Origin: a virus
Lineage: Duplodnaviria > Caudoviricetes
Virus record (IMG/VR): IMGVR_UViG_3300044724_001747
Location: 1-27,840 of that record
Strand: one strand, 5' to 3'
Length of the DNA stretch: 27,840 nucleotides
The position numbers were made by a program, and so were the translations under genes. Numbering within the stretch: position 1 is the stretch's first letter; the number at the start of each line of letters is the position of its first letter. A model generated the notes under the pieces. The model saw only the letters and a program-made list of their open reading frames with translations, did not search any database and had not been told where the DNA came from. This document shows positions 24,564 to 27,840 of the stretch, one piece after another.

Positions 24564-25604
24564 TCATCGCCCCAACCCCCGGATGTCAACGATAAACTCA
24601 TGGTACCCATTATTGATCTTATCCTTAGCTGGGGCCGCAATAATGTCATCAATCCTCACCTCAACCGCGTCTGCTCTTCTACCTTCATAGGCAAAATCTC
24701 TTGCCATCCGCTCGGAAGTAAACAGCTGCGTCGGCTTGTTATCGTAAAGCGCCTCAATCTCTGGGTCCGTGTATCGGTAAAGGGTCACAGTCTCACCGAA
24801 TCGGTCTTTAAGGGCAGTGCGTACCGGACCATAAGCCGTCTTCACATCCCGCAGAGTCCGAGTCGCAGTCTCGTCGCCTTCTCCCGCGGCCAAGACAAGC
24901 TTATCCATTTGCGAGGGTTCGCCCACGCGCATAAGCGCAACGTCCCCTGTCGCTTCCCGAGGGGCTTTTCTGGTGGACTCAGCCGCAGTACGCAGTAGAT
25001 CGTTATCAATATCAATAAGTGAGTTAGGTGCAATCTCGGGTTCGGGTATCACCTTCCGTTGGTAGGAATAGTCATCCAGAAGCTCATCCAAGTTGGATCG
25101 AGGTGCATCGGTCACAAACCCGCCAACCGCATCATCATAAATGTCTACAAAATCAGGGTGGTCTGTGGTTTCAATCCACACCTTGCTCCCATTCGGGCGT
25201 GCCTTGATAGTCGCTCGACCAGATTCCAGTAATCCTTTTTCGAGCGCCGCCACCGTCGTAGGCCTCACCGTTTCTCTGGTGACAAATCGTGCCATAGGCC
25301 CTGTTAATGCAGCTTTTTTAGCTAATCCCCCTACAACTGGAAGTAAACCAAGAAGGCCTAATCCGGTTTGAGGAATGCTTCTGTTACGAAGCCCAATGGT
25401 GGTTTCCGCCAAGCCTACGGGTATTGATGCTTGAGGGGCAAGGGAAAGTGCGATTCCTTCTTTGCTACCAAGAAAGTCTTCTACGCGATCAAAGATATTT
25501 CTTTCGCTCTCAACCTTCCGAGGAGTTGAGGCTGCTATGCGACGAATATCTCGCATGCGGCTGCGCTCAAGTCGCTCTAGGAAATCTCTTTCAGTAGTAG
25601 CCAT
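24564..25604 (-). CDS. Putative effector: N-terminal pre-toxin-like Gly/Leu helix plus C-terminal ADP-ribosyltransferase-like fold
   Basis: 346 aa; GLGLLGLLPVVGGLAKK; C-terminal VTLYR...LFTS..MARDFA...VEV..DDIIA...YHEFIV. Confidence 0.55.
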   Translation of the reverse strand: MATTERDFLERLERSRMRDIRRIAASTPRKVESERNIFDRVEDFLGSKEGIALSLAPQASIPVGLAETTIGLRNRSIPQTGLGLLGLLPVVGGLAKKAALTGPMARFVTRETVRPTTVAALEKGLLESGRATIKARPNGSKVWIETTDHPDFVDIYDDAVGGFVTDAPRSNLDELLDDYSYQRKVIPEPEIAPNSLIDIDNDLLRTAAESTRKAPREATGDVALMRVGEPSQMDKLVLAAGEGDETATRTLRDVKTAYGPVRTALKDRFGETVTLYRYTDPEIEALYDNKPTQLFTSERMARDFAYEGRRADAVEVRIDDIIAAPAKDKINNGYHEFIVDIRGLGR

Positions 25605-27088
25605 TAGTAATACGCTGCCTTTCGGTGACGGAAAAACTCCTCTTCTTTTTCGTCAGTGTTTAAGGAAATGAATCCACCCTGTCTAAACCTTAGCAATGCT
25701 TGAGTGCTTGCATCGACTAGATCATCGTGGTCTCCAGCAGGAAAAGCAGCAAACTGTTCAATAACTTCTTCTGCCCATCTCTTCTTGGGTGCCCACACAA
25801 GTCCTGATGAAAATAAGTCGGATACTGCATTTACGCGAGCAATCTTATCTCTACCCCTGCTCGGTGTGTACTCACTGACAGGGATTCCCATTCTGCGAAG
25901 CTCAAATATCAAGGGTGAACCACTTGCTTTTGCTTCTACGATAAAAGCATCCGGGTCAAATTCTTTGTACATATCGTATGCCCGCACCTTCAAGTCAGGA
26001 AACTCTAATCTTTCTTGTAGGGCATCTAGTAATATAATATTCGAGTTACCGTTGTCATCATAGAACACTCCCCATGTGGTGCATGCGCTAAAGTCTGCTG
26101 TTTCTTTTGCAAGAAACGCGGTATCCCACGACTGGATAACAAACTCACAGGGTGGGGGGTTTCTTCCCGGCCACTCGCGCCACCACTCCCGCTTTACAAT
26201 TGCACCTTCTTCTGATGTTGGGTCCTGCTGGTACTGAGCGTTCCACTTAGACAGAGGTAGTTCTGCCTTCAATGCCTCTAGCTGGTTGATAGGCCAGAAT
26301 CCCGGCCAAAGTGGAGAGCCGCTAGGTAGGATCGCAGGAAGCTCAATCACTTCCCACTCATCGGACCCACCACGCTCTACAGACGATTTAATAATCTGCC
26401 CAGTAAGATCGCGTTTAGACCACCGGGTCATCACGATACAAATGGCACCTCCGGGCTGGAGCCTCTGCCTAGGCCCGGATGTGTACCACTCGTAGGTTTT
26501 GTCGTAGATAGACGGATCGTTCATCGCCGCCTCCTGCTCGGAGTGCGGGTCATCAATAACCAGAACGTCTGCGCCCTTACCTGTTACGGCACCACCAACA
26601 CCAATAGCGAAGTACTCACCATTCTTGTTAGTGCTCCAACGACCAGCAGCTTTTGAGTCGGAGGAAAGTGAGACATCCTTGAAAACGTCTTGGTAGTCTT
26701 CGGAGTTCACAAGGTTACGCACCTTACGCCCGAACCCGACCGCGAGTTCTGCCGTGTGTGCGGTCTGAATTACTTTCTTGTCAGGGAATTTGCCAAGGAA
26801 CCACGCCGGAAACAGATGTGAGGCAAACTCAGACTTGGTATGCCGTGGTGGCATATTGATAATAAGTCTTTTTAACGACCCATCGGCAATTCTATTAAGG
26901 GCGTTTGACATCACCTTGTGATGGTCACCCTCAATAAACGCAGGCCATACCACTTTTACAAACGACAAGAAGTCCGACTGAGCTGCAACCCTGTCCTTGG
27001 CCTTGTTCAACTCTTCGACTAAGGAGAGAAGCTCTGCCTTTTCCTTGTCGGGCAGAGACTTGATCTTATTTAGAAGGCTCTGTTCCAT
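25604..27088 (-). CDS. terL: Terminase large subunit
   Basis: 494 aa; Walker A MPPRHTKS, Walker B VLVIDDPH, motif III IVMTRW, RNase H-like nuclease SWDTA...HDDLVDA. Confidence 0.95.
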   Translation of the reverse strand: MEQSLLNKIKSLPDKEKAELLSLVEELNKAKDRVAAQSDFLSFVKVVWPAFIEGDHHKVMSNALNRIADGSLKRLIINMPPRHTKSEFASHLFPAWFLGKFPDKKVIQTAHTAELAVGFGRKVRNLVNSEDYQDVFKDVSLSSDSKAAGRWSTNKNGEYFAIGVGGAVTGKGADVLVIDDPHSEQEAAMNDPSIYDKTYEWYTSGPRQRLQPGGAICIVMTRWSKRDLTGQIIKSSVERGGSDEWEVIELPAILPSGSPLWPGFWPINQLEALKAELPLSKWNAQYQQDPTSEEGAIVKREWWREWPGRNPPPCEFVIQSWDTAFLAKETADFSACTTWGVFYDDNGNSNIILLDALQERLEFPDLKVRAYDMYKEFDPDAFIVEAKASGSPLIFELRRMGIPVSEYTPSRGRDKIARVNAVSDLFSSGLVWAPKKRWAEEVIEQFAAFPAGDHDDLVDASTQALLRFRQGGFISLNTDEKEEEFFRHRKAAYY

Positions 27089-27356
27089 TGCCAGTCTCGA
27101 ACCACTTCAGGATGTCGTCGGCAGCATGCCTGTATGGAGAGGCGTCATCGTACCTCTCTTCCAGTGAAAGCAACTGAGCCTTCATCAACAGCCTTGCATG
27201 CTTTTTGAGCAAGTCCGCTTGGCTATGGCTGGAAAGGTACTTTGTTAATTTTGCACCAGAAGGCCACTTCAGGATCTCCCGTGCGCTGTTGTTCGGCATG
27301 GTCAATGACAACCCTTGAAAAATCAAGCCACATCCTGCTACAACGATTATAACCAA
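27066..27356 (-). CDS. Possible small hypothetical protein (true start probably later than annotated)
   Basis: C-terminal half (ADLLKKHARLLMKAQ...LKWFETG) is helical and fills the gap before terL; 5' half overlaps another ORF. Confidence 0.35.
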   Translation of the reverse strand: MVIIVVAGCGLIFQGLSLTMPNNSAREILKWPSGAKLTKYLSSHSQADLLKKHARLLMKAQLLSLEERYDDASPYRHAADDILKWFETGNGTEPSK

Positions 27357-27597
27357 GTCCGGCTAAATAATCTTCTAGGATGTTCTCCGCAGTGGGGCCT
27401 GTATACCGAACCTTGCCCGGTCCATGAGGTTCGTAGAGATGGCGGATGGAGGATCTAGTACCCCTCTGAGACGCTGTAGAGGCCATGTAAGCCCCAACAG
27501 CCTTCCAGATGACCTCAACTGCCTCCGAGACAACGATTGGCTTTAGATCGCCTTCAGAAGTCAAGGTTATAGGACGGGTCTGTCCAGCCCTCGACAT
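27223..27597 (-). CDS. Hypothetical protein
   Basis: Protein-like frame filling the gap; internal ATG at 27597 reduces overlap with the HNH gene; start uncertain. Confidence 0.5.
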   Translation of the reverse strand: MSRAGQTRPITLTSEGDLKPIVVSEAVEVIWKAVGAYMASTASQRGTRSSIRHLYEPHGPGKVRYTGPTAENILEDYLAGLGYNRCSRMWLDFSRVVIDHAEQQRTGDPEVAFWCKINKVPFQP

Positions 27598-27840
27598 CCA
27601 GCCACTCTTTGTGGTACGAGGCTGCGGTGTCCAAGTGGGAGGCACTCCCCAATCCTGCGAAAAAAGTCTTAATACCCTTTGCATGCTGCTCTATATGGCA
27701 CATTCGGCAAAGTGGCACAAGGTGATCGCTGGTACCACCAGCCCCACGAGACTTCATATGGGCAGGATCACTGGGTGGGTAGGCATTACAAGCATGACAA
27801 GGCAAGGATCTGATCCAACTGGCCTTCAAACCAAACTGTC
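27554..27840 (-). CDS. HNH-type (His-Me finger, DUF968/Ref-like) putative nuclease, probably 5'-truncated by the window edge
   Basis: WIRSLPCHAC...DPAH.KSRGAGG...LVPLCRMCHIEQH; frame is open to the window end. Confidence 0.8.
   Translation of the reverse strand, partial: QFGLKASWIRSLPCHACNAYPPSDPAHMKSRGAGGTSDHLVPLCRMCHIEQHAKGIKTFFAGLGSASHLDTAASYHKEWLDVEGWTDPSYNLDF

Larger units (their letters stand above)
1..27840 (-). mobile_element. Tailed dsDNA bacteriophage head-packaging and virion morphogenesis region (phage genome or prophage segment)
   Basis: Co-oriented, tightly packed terminase-portal-GroES-scaffold-capsid-adaptor gene order; no host housekeeping genes or integrase in the window. 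Confidence 0.97.

Noticed and set aside
283-26495. Numerous plus-strand ORFs of 60-180 aa
   Set aside because: They are antisense shadows of dense minus-strand genes with no recognisable motifs
27066-27684. Terminase small subunit among the ORFs upstream of terL
   Set aside because: No recognisable TerS features and uncertain starts; left as hypothetical
1-27840. CRISPR array, diversity-generating retroelement, integrase/att site or stop-codon recoding
   Set aside because: I saw no regularly spaced repeats, reverse transcriptase, adenine-variable repeat pair or integrase; genes are intact under the standard code and use all three stop codons

Overview
The window is a 27.8 kb segment of a tailed dsDNA phage (Caudoviricetes) virion-morphogenesis operon, with every credible gene on the minus strand. 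Reading right to left it holds a partial HNH-type nuclease, large terminase, a putative ADP-ribosyltransferase-fold effector, portal, two small proteins, GroES-like co-chaperonin, scaffold, a putative capsid decoration protein and a Mu gpT-like major capsid protein. After the capsid gene come a terminator, a double-pseudoknot RNA and tRNA-Thr(UGU). A ~15 kb mosaic block of modular beta-rich fibre/decoration-like genes (1711-17504) follows, then head-tail adaptor-type genes. The most striking element is a 78-nt RNA (21623-21700) with every hallmark of the tmRNA tRNA-like domain (G3·U70, A73, stemless D-loop, P2, GAC linker, T-arm) but no mRNA-like/tag domain, i.e. a phage 'mini-tmRNA'. Other notable items: a secreted-type FN3/lectin protein packed with FCB-type D-[ST]-x O-glycosylation sequons, an ORF starting 1 nt after the tRNA, duplicated anchor-like domains, and several translationally coupled small ORFs missing from the ORF track. 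Protein family calls come from motif recognition only; no searches were run.
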